A stretch of 64,000 nt of DNA, taken from contig CAWCMR010000006.1 of assembly GCA_963796685.1 (NCBI GenBank), positions 261,460 to 325,459 on the forward strand. Direction: 5' to 3'. Positions 61,587 to 64,000 of the stretch are shown in pieces. The notes below the pieces were generated by a model that had not been told where the DNA came from, did no database searches, and saw only the letters and a program-made list of their open reading frames with translations. Position 1 is the stretch's first letter; every line of letters starts with the position of its first letter. Source of the DNA: an uncultured delta proteobacterium. Its GTDB lineage: Bacteria; Myxococcota_A; Polyangia; Fen-1088. The position numbers and the translations under genes are program-made.

Positions 61587-63303
61587 ATGAAGATCGTCTG
61601 TGATGCCTGTCAGGCTAAGTACTCCATTGCTGACGACAAAATCCAGGGTAAGGCATTCAAGATCCGATGCAAGAAGTGCAACCACATCATCGTGGTCAAA
61701 ACGGGTGGTGATGGGGCTGCGTCCGTTGCGGCGGTTGCCGAGAAGCCCAAGATGGTGGCGCCTGCCGCCCCAGCTCCTGCGGGCGAGCAGGGCGTCTGGC
61801 ACGTCGTGGTAGACGGCGATCAGGTCGGCCCTCTCACGGAAGCCGAGGTCAAGGACCGCCTTCGCGCCGGGCAAATCAACTCGGATACGCTGGTTTGGAA
61901 AGAAGGCTTCGCCGACTGGATGCAGCTTTCGACGGTTCCCGAAATGACCACCTTGCTGGCCCGGATTACGCGCAACCCGGCGGGCAAGCCCGCGGCGCGC
62001 GAGCCGGCGCGCCAGTCGGGCTCCATGCGTGCCGTGGCGGTCGCGGCGCAGTCCGCGGCCGAGGCCGATCCCTTCGGCGCGCCGACGGTGATCACGCCGG
62101 CCGGAACCGCGGATTTGTTCGCCTCCACCGCGCCGTCCGCCGTCCCGGCGGCGGTCGCGCCCGCGCCGTCCTCGCCGTTCTTGTTCGGGGGTGGGGCGGC
62201 CGCCCAGCCGGCCGAACAGGTCGTCATCAAGAATCCCGGTAACGGTGCGGGCGGGACGCAGTTGACCGGGCAGCGCAACGAGAACTCGGTGCTCTTCTCT
62301 TTGTCGAACCTCGAGGCACTGGCCGTGCCGAGTCACTCGGCGGGGATTCGACATCCTTCCGGAAGCTCCAACACCGAGGGGTCCGGCCTCATCGATATTC
62401 GCTCGATGGCGGCGATGACGCTCAACGATCGGGCCTGGCGAGATCCACCGTTCAACCGACTCCCTGCCCACGTTTTCCACGCCGCAGTTCTCGCCCGTGG
62501 CGCCCGTGCTCTTGCCCATGTCCAGCAGCGGGCCCCCCAAGTGGGTCTATCCCGTGCTGGGGTTGCTGGCCGTCGGCATCTTGGTGCTCGGCTACGGCAT
62601 CTACAAAGTCGCCGCCGCGCCCCCCCCAGGACAGCCCGTGGTCGTGGCACCTCCACCTCCGCCGCCGCCCCGGCCGGCGCCACCGGTGGCAGTCGCCCCC
62701 GTTGCTGCCAATCCGACCCCGGCGGCGGCCAAGCCCGCCTCTCCGACCGAAGCGAAGCCACCTTCCGAGGAGAAGGCGCCCGAGAAAGCCAGGAGCGCAT
62801 CGGGCAAGGGAGAACGGGGACATCACAAGGGCAGCGAATCGTCAGGCAAGAGCTCGGGCGAATCCGGCAGGAAGGGCTCGGAAACGGCCTCGTCATCGTC
62901 TTCTTCCCCCAGCACTTCCTCGGCGTCCAAATCGTCCGGCAAGAAGGGCGGCAATTCTCTCGACGACCTGCTCGGCGAGGTGGGCAACAAGAAGGGGGGA
63001 GGCGAAGCAAAACCCGCTGCTCCGGCGGTCAAGTTGGTCACCCTTACCCAAAGCGACATCGTCAACGCCATGAAGGGCGTGCAGCCCAGGGTGCAAAACT
63101 GCGCCAATCAGTTCAGGGTTCCTGGCACGGCCATGGCCACGATCTCCGTGGCTTCGGGCGGACACGTCAGCTCGGCAAAGGTGACCGGCAAGTTCGCCGG
63201 CACACCCACCGGCTCGTGCGTCGAGACGGCCGCCAAGGCGGCGAGATTCCCGCCTTGCCAGGGGATGTCCTTCCCTTGGCCCTTCACGCTCAGCCCACGT
63301 TAG
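61587..63303 (+). CDS. Zinc-ribbon/GYF_2/TM/TonB-C protein (AgmX/GltJ-like); frameshift near 62440
   Basis: CDAC...CKKC, WHVV....VGP...VWKEGF..W, TM segment, C-terminal TonB-like domain in the second frame. Confidence 0.8.
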
Positions 63304-63337
63304 TACGGTGCTGACGGCGAGAGAGTCTCAAGGCCCA

Positions 63338-63553
63338 GTGGCCACCGCGGTTCGAGCGCACATAGCCGGGACGGTCTGGAAGCTCGAAGTATCGTTCGAC
63401 GACGAGGTCGAAGAGGGCCAGACCGTGGCCGTGCTCGAGTCCATGAAGATGGAGATGCCGGTCGAGGCTCCCATCGCCGGACGCGTAACCGCGATTCACG
63501 TGACGCCCGGTCGGTTCGTCGAAGAGGGCGAATCGCTCATGGACTTGGGCTAG
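63338..63553 (+). CDS. Biotin carboxyl carrier-like protein
   Basis: GTVWK...LESMKMEMPV.AP..G. Confidence 0.88.
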   Translation: MATAVRAHIAGTVWKLEVSFDDEVEEGQTVAVLESMKMEMPVEAPIAGRVTAIHVTPGRFVEEGESLMDLG

Positions 63554-64000
63554 TCGTCGGGGGCTGCGGATTCGGTGGCCCTGCGTCGGGTGGACGGGGC
63601 GGAGGTGTCGGCTTGGGTGGCGGCGGCGCCGGTGGGCCTTCATCCTCGTGCAGCTTGGCGACGAACTTGTCGAGCAGCATCTGCTCATAGCGGTGTGGCA
63701 TTTCCGGGATCGAGATGGCGATCTTCGTGGCGTCGCGGCCCTCTCGGTCGGTGACGCGAATGAGCTGCGATCGAGCCCCTGCACGGCTTGGGACCGTCCG
63801 TGTAGTCGAACAGTACATAGGCGGCCGACTCGTCCTTTTCGACCACCGGGAAGCCTCGATCGACGCGCAGGAAGCGCACCGCCGCCGGCCAAACGCTGGT
63901 GATTGGATAGGGCGAGACGTCGACGACGCGAGCCCAAGCAGCGCTCGGGGCAAGCCACCCCATGGCGGTCAGGGCCGTTGCCACAAGACGGATGGAGCGG
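63537..64000 (-). CDS. Hypothetical exported protein, truncated by window edge; frameshift near 63770
   Basis: WPAAVRFLRVDRG...YVLFDY joins IPEMPHRYEQMLLDK...PPAPPP in another frame. Confidence 0.6.

Overview
High-GC bacterial chromosome segment. The gene content (GYF_2/zinc-ribbon AgmX/GltJ-like proteins, a Ser/Thr kinase, PilZ, Gly-tethered lipoproteins) suggests Myxococcota, probably Polyangia-like; this is inference. Most of the window is housekeeping and envelope genes: accD-folC, glyA, pyrR-pyrB-pyrC-carA-purA, hcp with its Crp/Fnr regulator, an ABC exporter and GH12/GH15 hydrolases. About ten genes carry single-base frameshifts that look like long-read indel errors. The main accessory feature, at about 14.5-23.25 kb, is a minus-strand integron cassette array that keeps an attI-like site but has no adjacent integrase. 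It has five attC sites plus a half site, and its cassettes are defence-like (HEPN-like, PD-(D/E)XK-like, toxin-antitoxin) or lack ORFs. Mobile elements have hit its recombination boxes. A group II intron that does not look like class C (AGC triad, YLDD reverse transcriptase) sits in an R'' box. An ISAzo13 sits exactly at an R' crossover point and regenerates GTTRRRY, and an ISL3 is nested inside that ISAzo13. Other notable items are a 1280-aa 'FP-aromatic' repeat protein, a palindromic element inserted in frame into a signal peptide, two copies of a TA-flanked MITE, an ABC-ATPase + TOPRIM(DUF4276) pair, a fused TldD-TldE lipoprotein and repeated leaderless-type promoters. All family calls come from motif recognition by eye; no searches were run.
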